A DNA stretch of 33,312 nucleotides from Minisyncoccota bacterium (GTDB lineage: Bacteria > Patescibacteriota > Minisyncoccia > Phycocordibacterales > CALRHW01): the NCBI GenBank assembly GCA_046350795.1, contig JAXLZT010000001.1, positions 146,468-179,779 on the forward strand. The letters are read 5' to 3'. The position numbers and the translations under genes are program-made. Below are positions 13,643-23,829 of the stretch, piece after piece. A model generated the notes under the pieces. It searched no databases, had not been told where the DNA came from, and worked only from the letters and a program-made list of their open reading frames with translations. Every line of letters starts with the position of its first letter. Position 1 is the stretch's first letter.

Positions 13643-15613
13643 ATGGAAAAAACTTCAGAAAAAAAATTTTTAGGCAATCTAAATGCTCAACAGTTGGAGG
13701 CTGTTGAGACTACCGAAGGTCCGGTGCTAATTGTAGCTGGTGCTGGAGCTGGAAAAACAAAAACAATCACCCACAGAATCCTACATTTAATGGAAAAAGG
13801 GGTGCCACCAAAAGAAATACTGGCCATTACCTTCACCAACAAAGCCGCAAAAGAGATGCGCGAGAGAATAGCACATATCATAGATCAGGATCCTGATATA
13901 AAAATGACCACCCTCAAGCAGGGTACACCTTTTATCAGCACCTTTCATTCACTTGGTGTTTTTTTGTTAAAAGAATATGGCGGACACATCGGCCTGTCTC
14001 GATATTTCAATATTTTCGACAAAAGCGATGGAAAAAGGGCAATAAAAGACGCCCTTATTTCTGCCAACTACGATCCAAAACAGTTTGATCCTGCAAAAGT
14101 AATGCATGCCATATCAAAAGCAAAAGGAGAGGGCATGACCGTGGCAAAATTTAAAGAAACAGCCGGAAACAGCTTTTTCCAAAGAGTTGTGCTGTCTGCC
14201 TGGGAAAAATATGAAGAAATGTTGAAAAAAGAAAACGCCCTAGACTTTGATGATCTTCTTTTAAAAACTGTCGTACTACTAGAACAGTTTGAAGTCGTTC
14301 GTAAGGCCTGCCAAGAAAGATTTAAATATATACATATAGATGAATATCAAGATACCAACGGAGTACAAGATCGCATCGCAGAAATAATTGCCCAAAAGCA
14401 TCGCAACATATGCGTAGTTGGTGACACTGATCAAAATATATACAGTTGGCGTGGAGCAAACATTCAAAACATGCTAAATTTTGAAAAAAAATATCCTGAC
14501 GTAAAAATAGTACGTCTCGAGGAAAATTATCGTTCGACAAAAACAATCCTTGCGGTCGCAAACACAATAATTAAAAAAAATAAATACCGCATTGAAAAAA
14601 ACCTTTTCACCAACAATCCTAGTGGCGAAAAAGTCACCCTGATAGCCAACTACGATGAAGCGCAAGAAGCATACACTATCGCTGGTAAAATACGTGGATA
14701 TATAGAAGCGGGAATACCAGCAGATGAGATAGCCGTGCTTTACCGCGCCAACTTTCAATCGCGCATACTAGAAGAAGCATGCGTGGCTCTCAGTGTGCCG
14801 TACCAAATGATCGGCACAAAATTTTTTGAAAGAAAAGAAATCAAAGACACTCTTTCATATATAAAAGCATCTCTAAATCCAGCAAGTATTTCTGATATTA
14901 GGCGCATCATAAACGTACCAACACGAGGCATAGGTAAAGTAACGGTAGACAAAATACTCGACGGCAAAGAGGGCGAACTCACGGCGCAAGCAAAAAAGAA
15001 AGTAGAAAGTTTCCGTGCAATACTTGCACGCATAAAAGAAGCGTCGCTTAAGCTCGTGCCGTCAGCTCTTATAAAATATGTCATCCAAGAGTCTGGCATA
15101 GAACACGAGCTTGGTCTGGGTAAAAATGATGAAGATGTAGAGCGACTAGAAAACATAAAAGAGCTTGTGACTCTTGCACTCGGATACGATCACTACGGTC
15201 CAGAAGAGGGCATAGACAGACTACTGACAGATGCATCGCTTGCTACAGATGAAGAAGGTGACGTCATACCAGAAAAAGCAGTTAAACTCATGACGGTGCA
15301 TGCAGCAAAAGGGCTAGAATTTGATCATGTGTTTATCACTGGCTTAGAAGAAAATCTTTTTCCACACCGAAAAAATGAAGCAAATCTATCTGCAGAAGAT
15401 GCTGAGGAAGAGCGAAGGCTTTTTTATGTCGCAGTCACTCGTGCGCGCAAAAGGCTTTACCTTTCATATGCACAAATGCGCACCATTTTCGGATCAAGAC
15501 AGGTCAACATACCTTCTGAGTTTATATTCGACATAGAGGATATACACATGGAACGCGAAGAGGGTACTGCCGATGTCGCTCCCAAAAAACCTCTTTTTAG
15601 AATAGACTTCTAG
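13643..15613 (+). CDS. pcrA: UvrD/PcrA-type ATP-dependent DNA helicase
   Basis: AGAGAGKTKT Walker A, ITFTNKAAKEM, IDEYQDTN, VGDTDQNIYSWRGA, LEENYRST, MTVHAAKGLEF, YVAVTRARKRL. Confidence 0.92.
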   Translation: MEKTSEKKFLGNLNAQQLEAVETTEGPVLIVAGAGAGKTKTITHRILHLMEKGVPPKEILAITFTNKAAKEMRERIAHIIDQDPDIKMTTLKQGTPFISTFHSLGVFLLKEYGGHIGLSRYFNIFDKSDGKRAIKDALISANYDPKQFDPAKVMHAISKAKGEGMTVAKFKETAGNSFFQRVVLSAWEKYEEMLKKENALDFDDLLLKTVVLLEQFEVVRKACQERFKYIHIDEYQDTNGVQDRIAEIIAQKHRNICVVGDTDQNIYSWRGANIQNMLNFEKKYPDVKIVRLEENYRSTKTILAVANTIIKKNKYRIEKNLFTNNPSGEKVTLIANYDEAQEAYTIAGKIRGYIEAGIPADEIAVLYRANFQSRILEEACVALSVPYQMIGTKFFERKEIKDTLSYIKASLNPASISDIRRIINVPTRGIGKVTVDKILDGKEGELTAQAKKKVESFRAILARIKEASLKLVPSALIKYVIQESGIEHELGLGKNDEDVERLENIKELVTLALGYDHYGPEEGIDRLLTDASLATDEEGDVIPEKAVKLMTVHAAKGLEFDHVFITGLEENLFPHRKNEANLSAEDAEEERRLFYVAVTRARKRLYLSYAQMRTIFGSRQVNIPSEFIFDIEDIHMEREEGTADVAPKKPLFRIDF

Positions 15614-15614
15614 T

Positions 15615-16415
15615 ATGGATAGACCACATCGCGCAAAAAAATCCCTGGGGCAAAATTTTCTTAAATCAGGTAAATATCTGAGTATGATTGCAGATGTTGC
15701 TCAAATAAATCCTGAAGAAGCCGTGCTTGAAATAGGACCGGGTAAGGGTGCCCTCACATCTAAACTTTTAGAAAAAATAACAGAGGGTGGCACAGTGGTC
15801 GCTGTAGAAAAGGATGATTTACTCATACCGGTATTGCAGGAAACTTTTAAAAAAGAAATCGCCGAGGGGAAGCTACGACTCATTCATGGCGATATATTGG
15901 AAATGACACCGGAGGCACTGGACCTGCCAGCCCCATACAAACTCGTCGCCAACATTCCCTACTACATCACGGGCGCAATACTGCGCATGTTTCTATCTAG
16001 CCAAAATCCACCAAGCAATATGGTACTAATGCTACAAAAAGAAGTTGCGCGACGTATCGTTGCACGTGATGGAAAAGAAAGTTTACTATCACTATCAGTC
16101 AAAGCATACGGTACGCCACGCTATATAGACACAGTAAAAGCAATGTATTTTAGTCCAAAACCAAATGTAGACTCTGCCATATTGCTCATAGAAAATATTT
16201 CAAAAAACTTTTTCCATAGCTTCAGTGAAGAAAAGTTTTTTGATGTAATAAAAGCTGGCTTTGCTCACAAAAGAAAAATCCTAGCGAGAAATCTTGAAAG
16301 TAATTTTGAAAAAGAAAAAATCGCGCGAGCATTTACAGAATGTGATCTAAGTATAAAAAGTAGGGCAGAGGATATTTCCTTGGCACAGTGGAGTGCGCTC
16401 ACAGAAAAACTTTAG
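15615..16415 (+). CDS. rsmA: 16S rRNA (adenine1518/1519-N6)-dimethyltransferase
   Basis: KKSLGQNFL, LEIGPGKGALT, NIPYYIT; 1-nt gap after pcrA. Confidence 0.92.
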   Translation: MDRPHRAKKSLGQNFLKSGKYLSMIADVAQINPEEAVLEIGPGKGALTSKLLEKITEGGTVVAVEKDDLLIPVLQETFKKEIAEGKLRLIHGDILEMTPEALDLPAPYKLVANIPYYITGAILRMFLSSQNPPSNMVLMLQKEVARRIVARDGKESLLSLSVKAYGTPRYIDTVKAMYFSPKPNVDSAILLIENISKNFFHSFSEEKFFDVIKAGFAHKRKILARNLESNFEKEKIARAFTECDLSIKSRAEDISLAQWSALTEKL

Positions 16416-16436
16416 AAACGTCCACAAGATAGATAG

Positions 16437-16796
16437 CTAAGAGGTCCCCACCATTGTCATTATTCCTCGAGTAGGAATTTGATCTGCACAAAATCCATGA
16501 GAATAGTGACCACAACCAACAGGTACACCCGTGTGTAGACCGAGTACCCAATTACCAATTCCTAAAATACGAAAATTTGGGAAAAGCTGTGTTGCTCCGG
16601 GAACATACAAAAAGTTGCCTCCTACTGGACCAGACACAACAACAATAAATCCTGGCACAGGACACTCGCAATAATGTCGATACAGTGTAATTCCGCCAAA
16701 TGGAGAATATACAGCATATACCCTCATAGCTGTTGCAATAAAAATCCCTCCGACCAAAAAAGAAACCAGAAATATCGCTAAAATTTTTCTTTTCAT
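16437..16796 (-). CDS. Small secreted or membrane-anchored Cys/His-containing hypothetical protein
   Basis: 119 aa with an N-terminal signal/anchor (ILAIFLVSFLVGGIFIATA) and CEC...GCGHYSHGFC motifs. 1-nt gap to the upstream gene. Confidence 0.7.
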   Translation of the reverse strand: MKRKILAIFLVSFLVGGIFIATAMRVYAVYSPFGGITLYRHYCECPVPGFIVVVSGPVGGNFLYVPGATQLFPNFRILGIGNWVLGLHTGVPVGCGHYSHGFCADQIPTRGIMTMVGTS

Positions 16797-16797
16797 G

Positions 16798-17826
16798 TTA
16801 AATATTCTTTAGTGTAATTATACTCGGATTTAGTTTGTCACTCACACCGTTTGTGTTAACAACATACATAAACACCGGCATTTCAAAATCTTCATCTATC
16901 TCAAAAAGTTTTTCTAAATCTAAATCATCTGGAGCTTCTATATCAAATTTCAGAGTCTTGCCATCTGAAGAAGAAATATTTTCAAAAACGCCAAGATTTG
17001 TACGCACCATATTGCCGGTAGTTGTAAAATTTTCTCCTGTCACCACGACTTCATCTCCCAGAGAAAGGGTGGTAGGGGAAACGTTACTAATTTTTGGTGC
17101 AACAGAGCTGGTGTTTGTTACAACAAAATATGCGTTGTTTTCACTTTTTCCTGATTGATTTTGTACTTCTACATCATATATTCCAACAGGAATGGAGTTT
17201 GGAATAATAAATTTTATTTTATTTTTACTTTCAGCCGGTACACCGCTTATCACGTGAGAACCGAAATATATTTTATTATCAGTTAAAGAAAAATTATTTC
17301 CAACAATCTCAAGGGTGCTTCCCTGATTTCCATGATCTACAGAAAGAAAGGCAACCTGTACCTCTTTATCAGAGTCAGAAAAAAAGTTGAACGAGGTAAG
17401 TGTGCTTAAATCAAGCGGTGTTTGTGTTGTGGTGGGTAAGGTAGGTGCGGTGACACTAGTGTTTACCTCGTTTCCTATAGAATTCAATTTTGCTCTTGTG
17501 GATAAACCCACAAAGCCGGTGCCATAAAAAAGTCCATTTGGTGTCAAAATCTCATTCGCGTATTTATTTTGAAAAGCAACAACGGCGTTTTTTGTTTTTT
17601 CTCCAAAATAATATGTTTCATTTCCTTTTGATCCCAGACCGCTCAGGCTTACTGCAGTAGATATATCGTTATTTAAAATTTTTTGAAGTTCAAATACGTC
17701 CTCACCGGTATCTCCCAACTTTAAGTTTTTATTAAAAACAAAAGAAGAAGCGTTAGCTACATTATAAAAAAAAGAAGAAGATAAAAAAATAAATACGAAA
17801 TAGGTAATAGTAGATCTTTTAAACAT
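16798..17826 (-). CDS. Secreted protein with a PG_binding_1-like domain and IPT/TIG-like Ig-fold repeats
   Basis: LKLGDTGEDVFELQKILN...KTKNAVVAFQNKY (peptidoglycan-binding-like), then two beta-sandwich-like segments. Start set at MFKRSTI because TGtTACAAT lies 6 nt upstream of that ATG. Confidence 0.75.
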   Translation of the reverse strand: MFKRSTITYFVFIFLSSSFFYNVANASSFVFNKNLKLGDTGEDVFELQKILNNDISTAVSLSGLGSKGNETYYFGEKTKNAVVAFQNKYANEILTPNGLFYGTGFVGLSTRAKLNSIGNEVNTSVTAPTLPTTTQTPLDLSTLTSFNFFSDSDKEVQVAFLSVDHGNQGSTLEIVGNNFSLTDNKIYFGSHVISGVPAESKNKIKFIIPNSIPVGIYDVEVQNQSGKSENNAYFVVTNTSSVAPKISNVSPTTLSLGDEVVVTGENFTTTGNMVRTNLGVFENISSSDGKTLKFDIEAPDDLDLEKLFEIDEDFEMPVFMYVVNTNGVSDKLNPSIITLKNI

Positions 17827-17832
17827 ACAAAC

Positions 17833-17855
17833 ATTGTAACAGAATCTGATATAAT
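17833..17855. promoter_or_regulatory. Back-to-back divergent -10 elements in the 45-bp control region
   Basis: Minus strand: TGtTACAAT (-10 at 17833-17838), 6 nt before the ATG at 17826. Plus strand: TGaTATAAT (17847-17855), 16 nt before the ATG at 17872. Confidence 0.5.
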
Positions 17856-17871
17856 AGAGAAAATTAAACAA

Positions 17872-18864
17872 ATGAGAGGTCCTAGTAAAAAAATAATATT
17901 CATAATCATAACTTGCGCTGTTGTGTTGGGCGGAATATATCTATCATCAAAAGTAAAGAGTGAAAAGGTTTTTACGGCTACAGAAGATAACACACAACTT
18001 TTGCCTGATATCGTCGTAAATGAAAACGTAAAAAATACCTCCACTATAGACACAGACGGAGATGGCCTAAAAGACTGGGAAGAAGTACTGTGGAAAACAA
18101 ACCCATTAAAATCTGACACAGATGGAAATGGTATATCTGATGCAAAAGAAGTAGAAAAAAAACAACTTCAAAACTCCAAGCAAGCAGTGGCGACTGTGGG
18201 AGGAAAAGAGGTGGCGGAAGTCTATGTACCAGAAAATCTTACACTTACAGATAAGGTGGCCATGGAAACATTTGCACAATATGTAAATTACAAACAAACC
18301 GGGGTACCGATTACCCCAGAATTTACACAAAAACTAGTAGATGCTGTCTTTGGAAATGCTACAGAAAAACAGAATTTAGCAAAATTTACATCAAAAAACC
18401 TCTCAAATATAGTGGAAAATGAAAATGCTGACACTATACACAAGTACGGTAATGACTTTTGGGGTATTGTAGCAAAAAACACCCCAAAAACAGCGTTAGA
18501 AAATGAGTATGTGATTTTTCTCAATGCGATCCAAGCAGAAGATGAAAAAGAATTAAAAAAGCTAGATCCATTAGCAGAGGGATATACAAATACAATAAAA
18601 GAAATGCTTGTAATGCCCGTGCCAAGAAGTGCGGTGGAGAGACATCTAGACATTTTAAACAGCATGAATTCTATTTTGGCTCACATAGAGGACATGCGTG
18701 TATATTTCAAAGACCCAACCCGAGGATTCAGAGCGTTAGTATATTACAAAGACAGCGTACCAGAACTACAAAAATCACTAGAAAACCTTATCTCTTATTT
18801 CAAAGAAAAAAATATCACATATGTGGAGGAGGAGAGTGGCTACAGTCTGATGCATAGTATATAA
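17872..18864 (+). CDS. Membrane-anchored protein with thrombospondin-type-3-like Ca-binding repeats
   Basis: N-terminal TM; DTDGDGLKDWEE and DTDGNGISDAKE repeats. The remainder is unassigned. Confidence 0.75.
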   Translation: MRGPSKKIIFIIITCAVVLGGIYLSSKVKSEKVFTATEDNTQLLPDIVVNENVKNTSTIDTDGDGLKDWEEVLWKTNPLKSDTDGNGISDAKEVEKKQLQNSKQAVATVGGKEVAEVYVPENLTLTDKVAMETFAQYVNYKQTGVPITPEFTQKLVDAVFGNATEKQNLAKFTSKNLSNIVENENADTIHKYGNDFWGIVAKNTPKTALENEYVIFLNAIQAEDEKELKKLDPLAEGYTNTIKEMLVMPVPRSAVERHLDILNSMNSILAHIEDMRVYFKDPTRGFRALVYYKDSVPELQKSLENLISYFKEKNITYVEEESGYSLMHSI

Positions 18865-18887
18865 TTAATGGCAAAATAGCTATTAAT

Positions 18888-19859
18888 GTGTCAATAAATT
18901 ACTTTAAAAAAATTGGTTGCGGTATTTTTTTAGTTGCATTTGTTTTCTTTGCACTTTTTTCTAGTTTTACAGCTAATGCACAGGTGGCCGTGCCCGTGGT
19001 GGAAGTCGGAGCACTCCTCACCAACACAATAGCAATAAACGCCAACATTGCTGCAATAACAGAAAACTCTGCCAGACTGTCTGCAAAAGAGACTGGTCTT
19101 GGATATAGGGGGGTGGGCTTGGCTCCAGTAACTGGTATAGAAATAGCCGCTCAATCACAAATAAGTGCTGACTCTATAGCCACAAAAGTAGCAAAGATAG
19201 CCATCTCATCTATTACCACCTCAATAGTAAAATGGATAAATAGTGGTTTTAAGGGTGGACCGCTTTTTGTCACGGATCCAGCCAAGTTTTTCACCGGTGT
19301 GGCTGATAGAGTTGCCGGTAGTTTTATAGAGGGTTCTGATTTGGAATTTTTATGTAAGCCTTTTAAGATATCATTACTTCTTGCTTTAAATCTAAACTAT
19401 TCATACTCATTTAAAGAAAAAATTGGCTGTACTTTGACTGATGTTATTAACAACGTAGAGGGGGCAGCTGTCAGTTTTCAAGATATGGGCTTTGATGGCT
19501 GGTTTAAGATGACACAAAATCCACAAAATAATATCTACGGGGCAAACCTTATGGCAGAAATAGAATTAAAAGAAAGAATAGCTGATGCTGTTGGTATACA
19601 AAAAGCTGAGTTAGATCAGGGTGCTGGATTTCTTTCCTCTAGAGACTGTCTAGAAAGTAATATCGAAACACAAGAGTGTCAAAAGTGGGGCCCAGTAAAA
19701 ACACCAGGAAAAGTAATAGAAACACAACTAAATGAGGCTCTGGGCACCAACCTAAAAGAGCTCCAACTAGCTGACGAATTTGATGAAATAATAAACGCTC
19801 TTATAAATCAAGCTGTACAAAAAATAGTCACTTCTGTGGGTGGACTAAGTGGTGCTTAA
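18888..19859 (+). CDS. Secreted hypothetical protein (GTG start)
   Basis: A GTG start gives a clean signal peptide (IFLVAFVFFALFSSFTANA-Q). Contains paired Cys residues. No family recognised. Confidence 0.7.
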   Translation: MSINYFKKIGCGIFLVAFVFFALFSSFTANAQVAVPVVEVGALLTNTIAINANIAAITENSARLSAKETGLGYRGVGLAPVTGIEIAAQSQISADSIATKVAKIAISSITTSIVKWINSGFKGGPLFVTDPAKFFTGVADRVAGSFIEGSDLEFLCKPFKISLLLALNLNYSYSFKEKIGCTLTDVINNVEGAAVSFQDMGFDGWFKMTQNPQNNIYGANLMAEIELKERIADAVGIQKAELDQGAGFLSSRDCLESNIETQECQKWGPVKTPGKVIETQLNEALGTNLKELQLADEFDEIINALINQAVQKIVTSVGGLSGA

Positions 19860-19874
19860 AATTGACGACAATAC

Positions 19875-21944
19875 ATGATGAATTTATTTAATAAAAAAAA
19901 TGGCATAAGAATATTACTGGCGTCTTTTTTGTTATACATTACACTCTTGCCACATTATGCTTTTGCAGGGTGGTTTGATAGCCCAGCACAGACCATACTT
20001 TCTGGCATAACAACAGCTGTATCAACGGCGCTGTTGCCTATAATAATTCAGTTAACATTGGTTTTACAAATAATAGCCTCATTATTTCTTGGTCTTGCTG
20101 GGTTTATGTTTAGTGCAGTTATAAACCACTCTGTAGTAGGAATGCAAAGTCTTGTAAATAAAATGGTCTTTATAGACACAGCGTGGGCAACATTTAGAGA
20201 TTTAGCAAACATCTTTTTTATTTTCATACTTTTATACGTAGCTATAGGCACCATTTTAAATTTAAACGGTATAAATACAAAAAAAATGCTGGTGAGTGTA
20301 GTGATAACAGCAATATTTTTAAACTTCAGTCTGTTTTTTACAAAAATAGCTATAGATGCATCAAATCTTTTGGCTATTAATATACACAAAAGTATTGTTG
20401 GGGATAGTTGGAATATAGGCTCTCTTTTGATTGGTCAGACCGGAATGCAAACATTTTACACTCTTTTCAGGCCGGGCGTTATTTTAAATCCAACCCAAAC
20501 AATCATAACGCAGTTGGGTTCTTCCATATTTATGTTTATTGCTGCGTTTGTGATATTCTCTGTGGCTTTATTTTTCATAATACGTTTTGTGGTTTTGGTT
20601 TTCCTTATGATACTTTCTCCACTAGCATTTGCTGCAATGGCATTACCAAAAGACGAGTACTCAAAAAAATGGAAAGAGACTCTTATAAGTCAGTGTATAT
20701 TCGCCCCACTTTGTATGGCACTGCTTTGGATTACAGTAAATGTATCGGGAGAGCTAACAAAACAAACACAAAGTAGTGAGGCTTCTTTTGTAGACTTACT
20801 CAATCCCGATTTAAATCCAGCAACTAATCCTGGCCACAACCTAGAGCAAGCAATGATAATGCTTTTCAATTATATTGTTTTAATATCAATGCTCATATTC
20901 TCTTTAGTGATCTCAAAATCTTTTGCATCAAAGGGGGCGGGGCAGATGATGAAAATGGCAGAGTGGGCACAAGGCAAAGCGGGAAGGGCAATGGTGCGTG
21001 GTACTGGTGTAGCATACCTAGACAGAAAATTTGCTGATAGTAAGTTTGGTAAGGGAGTAATAGGAAGAAACATTCGCTCTATGACAACCGGAGCCATAAC
21101 TGGTTTTGATGGCTTTGGTGATAAAAAATCTGTGCAAAAAGTAGATAAAGAAACAAAGAAGCTTAATGAAGAATACGGTAAGAAGATGCGAGAAGATGAT
21201 GAAAAGTCAGATCTCAAGAAACATCGTGAAGATACTATAAAAAATCACCAACAAGAAATAAAACAACACGAGCAAACACAAGTAGAATCTGAACTAAAAC
21301 TACAAGAAGCTGAAGAAAGACTCAGAACTGAGGCGGCCGCAGGACGAGTGTTTGGAAAAGACACCTTGGAGCAAGAAAAAGAAAGGCTAGAAAACATGAA
21401 GAGGGAGTACGCTTCAATGTCTGGTGATGATGGCGGACAGAAAGATAGACTAATAGCAGAACAGGAACAAAAGATAAGAGACTCCGAACAAATACATAAA
21501 ACAATAGAAGAAAATAGAGAAAAACTACAATCATCAGCAGAAGCGCTGCGTGGAAAAGGAAAAGAAAAGGGTCTCTATGACAAAGTAAAAGAGGTAAGGA
21601 TGAGAATGGAAGACAAAGCTGGTGCAAGCACAGATGAGGAGAGGGCGGCTGTAAGGACAGCAATGAGAAAAAGAGCGGATGAATTAGAAAAATCTTGGAG
21701 AACTGGTAAGGGCCTTCTAAGTAAGATACCTGTATTGAGAAAAGTTAAGATTCCAATCGTTAAAGATTTCTTTGAAGACGTGTTGTCTGCAGGAGATGGT
21801 GATGCCGCTGTAAAAGCATACAGAAAAAACAAAGGTAAAGTTAATCTTAAAGAACTAGCCAAAGACATAGAGAGTGGTGGAGTAGAAAGCGGGGGTGACG
21901 ATGGTGGTGGGGGTGATGAAGAAAAAGGTAAAGATGGTAAATAA
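19875..21944 (+). CDS. VirB6/TrbL-like polytopic membrane protein with a long charged coiled-coil C-terminal domain
   Basis: Signal peptide, at least 6 TM segments including the LSPLAFAAMALP segment typical of TrbL/VirB6-type proteins, then ~330 aa of Lys/Glu-rich sequence ending in a Gly/Asp-rich tail. Confidence 0.75.
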   Translation: MMNLFNKKNGIRILLASFLLYITLLPHYAFAGWFDSPAQTILSGITTAVSTALLPIIIQLTLVLQIIASLFLGLAGFMFSAVINHSVVGMQSLVNKMVFIDTAWATFRDLANIFFIFILLYVAIGTILNLNGINTKKMLVSVVITAIFLNFSLFFTKIAIDASNLLAINIHKSIVGDSWNIGSLLIGQTGMQTFYTLFRPGVILNPTQTIITQLGSSIFMFIAAFVIFSVALFFIIRFVVLVFLMILSPLAFAAMALPKDEYSKKWKETLISQCIFAPLCMALLWITVNVSGELTKQTQSSEASFVDLLNPDLNPATNPGHNLEQAMIMLFNYIVLISMLIFSLVISKSFASKGAGQMMKMAEWAQGKAGRAMVRGTGVAYLDRKFADSKFGKGVIGRNIRSMTTGAITGFDGFGDKKSVQKVDKETKKLNEEYGKKMREDDEKSDLKKHREDTIKNHQQEIKQHEQTQVESELKLQEAEERLRTEAAAGRVFGKDTLEQEKERLENMKREYASMSGDDGGQKDRLIAEQEQKIRDSEQIHKTIEENREKLQSSAEALRGKGKEKGLYDKVKEVRMRMEDKAGASTDEERAAVRTAMRKRADELEKSWRTGKGLLSKIPVLRKVKIPIVKDFFEDVLSAGDGDAAVKAYRKNKGKVNLKELAKDIESGGVESGGDDGGGGDEEKGKDGK

Positions 21945-21953
21945 TATATAAAA

Positions 21954-22718
21954 ATGCAGGAGGAAGACTACAAAAAAATACTACAGAATCAAATAAAAAT
22001 ACTACCAGACGATGTAAGGGATTTGATTTTGTCTACAGAACTCGAGAGTAAGATAAACTGGGTTGCAGGAAAATATAACCTATCACCAGATCAAACAGAG
22101 TCACTTAAACAAGAGACTTTATTTGTACTTATCGGACTTACACACCTCATGGAATATACTGACAACATAATGCATGAACTTTCTATACCAAAAGAACAGG
22201 CTCGAATAATAGCACAAGAGATTGGTGCACAGGTATTTTCTGAGGTAAAAGATTCTATCAAAGAGTTAGGTTGGCTTATAGAAATGAAAAGAGAACAGTT
22301 GGGACAATCATCACAAAAATCAACACCAGATACAACACCCGCATCAAACCCAACCATCATTACAAAAAAGGAAGAGATTGTACCAAACGTTCCAATAGCT
22401 GGCGTGCTAATAGAGCAAACAGAAAAAGAAGTTCCTGTATCAGAAAATAAGCCCAGCCGAGCTGTATTACTCGATCAAATAGAAAATCCAACTCTCATAT
22501 CAGAGCACACTGGCACTATAGTAGATCAAAAACTAAGCGGTATTACAAAAATTCCAAGAGAAGAGGTGAAAATAAGTATGCAAAACATGCCAGTGACCGC
22601 TCCAGCACAAGTGACACCACCACAGACAAAGCCGGCGCCGATCACACCACCACCGACAGCACCGACACCCGCAAAAAAATATGATGGCCCAGACCCATAT
22701 CGAGAACCAATACAATAA
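21954..22718 (+). CDS. Hypothetical protein with a Pro-rich C-terminus
   Basis: 254 aa with a helical N-terminal domain, a Pro/Thr-rich tail (PPQTKPAPITPPPTAPTP) and a terminal DPYREPI. Confidence 0.7.
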   Translation: MQEEDYKKILQNQIKILPDDVRDLILSTELESKINWVAGKYNLSPDQTESLKQETLFVLIGLTHLMEYTDNIMHELSIPKEQARIIAQEIGAQVFSEVKDSIKELGWLIEMKREQLGQSSQKSTPDTTPASNPTIITKKEEIVPNVPIAGVLIEQTEKEVPVSENKPSRAVLLDQIENPTLISEHTGTIVDQKLSGITKIPREEVKISMQNMPVTAPAQVTPPQTKPAPITPPPTAPTPAKKYDGPDPYREPIQ

Positions 22719-22723
22719 AAAAT

Positions 22724-23152
22724 ATGAGATTCCAAGTACCACAATTTACAGATGTAGAAGACAAGATCTTTGGACCACTTTCCTTTAGGCAGTTTGTCTA
22801 TTTGGCTGGAGGCGCAGGAGCCTGCGCTATTATTTACTACCTAGTACCATTTAGTGTTGTTGCCTTTATGATTATGGTGCCGGTAGCAATATTTGCTGTG
22901 GCACTTGCTTTTTACAAAGTAAACAACAAACCATTCATAAACGTGGTAGAGGCTTTTTTCAAGTACTCAATCACAAGCAAACTCTACATTTGGAAACATG
23001 AGCCGAAAAAGGTGACGATGGCATCCACACCAAAAGAGCTTTCTCGTAGCTTTTTACCAAAGCTTTCTAGTAGCAAACTAAAAGATATGACCTGGAATCT
23101 AGACATCACAGAAAGCATAAATCCTGTCACAAAAAGCGATACAAATAATTAG
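22724..23152 (+). CDS. PrgI-family (VirB3-like) T4SS membrane protein
   Basis: The N-terminus QVPQFTDVEDKIFGPLSFRQFVYL followed by two TM helices is the PrgI-family hallmark. Lies immediately upstream of the VirB4 genes. Confidence 0.75.
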   Translation: MRFQVPQFTDVEDKIFGPLSFRQFVYLAGGAGACAIIYYLVPFSVVAFMIMVPVAIFAVALAFYKVNNKPFINVVEAFFKYSITSKLYIWKHEPKKVTMASTPKELSRSFLPKLSSSKLKDMTWNLDITESINPVTKSDTNN

Positions 23153-23176
23153 AGAAATAGGATATAATTCTTTTAT

Positions 23177-23824
23177 ATGGCAACAAAAGCAAGAGCCTCC
23201 CAAGAATTTGTTCCTATAAGCGACATAAGAGATGGCGTTGTCACACTCAAAGACGGCTCTCTTCGTGCTATCCTCATGGCTTCATCTCTCAATTTTTCTC
23301 TAAAATCAGATGATGAACGTGCAGCAATACTTTATCAGTTTCAAGATTTTCTAAACTCTTTAGATTTTTCTGTACAAATATCTATACAATCTAGAAAACT
23401 AGATATACGCCCGTACGTAGCCCTTTTAGAAGAGACTGAAAAAAATCAGGTCAATGATCTGATGAAAATACAAGTGCAGGAGTACATCGGCTTTATCAAA
23501 AATTTTACCGAAAGCCACAACATCATGACAAAACACTTTTTTATCATCGTGCCGTATTCACCAGCGACACTGCAGGGTAAAAGTACAGTAAGTGGTATCA
23601 CTGGTATTTTTGGAAAAAAGAAAAGTGTAGACGATCAAAAAATATCAGAAAAAGAAAAATTTGAAGAGCATCGCACACAACTAGAACAGAGGCTGGCGGT
23701 GGTGGAGCAGGGACTAGTGCGATCTGGAATACGTGTGGCACAACTAGGTACAGAAGAGGTGGTGGAGTTATTTTATAAAATATTTAATCCAGGCGATGCG
23801 GAAAAGCCTATTCAACTTCAATAA
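23177..23824 (+). CDS. Hypothetical protein resembling the N-terminal domain of Gram-positive VirB4/Orf16-type ATPases
   Basis: FVPISDIRDGVVTLKDGSLRAILMASSLNFSLKSDDERAAILYQFQDFLNSLDFSVQISIQS follows the pattern I recall from N-termini of conjugative VirB4 homologues. No nucleotide-binding motif. Confidence 0.65.
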   Translation: MATKARASQEFVPISDIRDGVVTLKDGSLRAILMASSLNFSLKSDDERAAILYQFQDFLNSLDFSVQISIQSRKLDIRPYVALLEETEKNQVNDLMKIQVQEYIGFIKNFTESHNIMTKHFFIIVPYSPATLQGKSTVSGITGIFGKKKSVDDQKISEKEKFEEHRTQLEQRLAVVEQGLVRSGIRVAQLGTEEVVELFYKIFNPGDAEKPIQLQ

Positions 23825-23829
23825 AAAAT

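Noticed and set aside
20870-21868. Antisense ORFs (20870-21217, 21322-21663, 21575-21868) within the VirB6-like gene
   Set aside because: These are low-complexity Leu/Ser/Phe-rich translations of the reverse strand of a Lys/Glu-rich coiled-coil coding region, so they are shadow ORFs.
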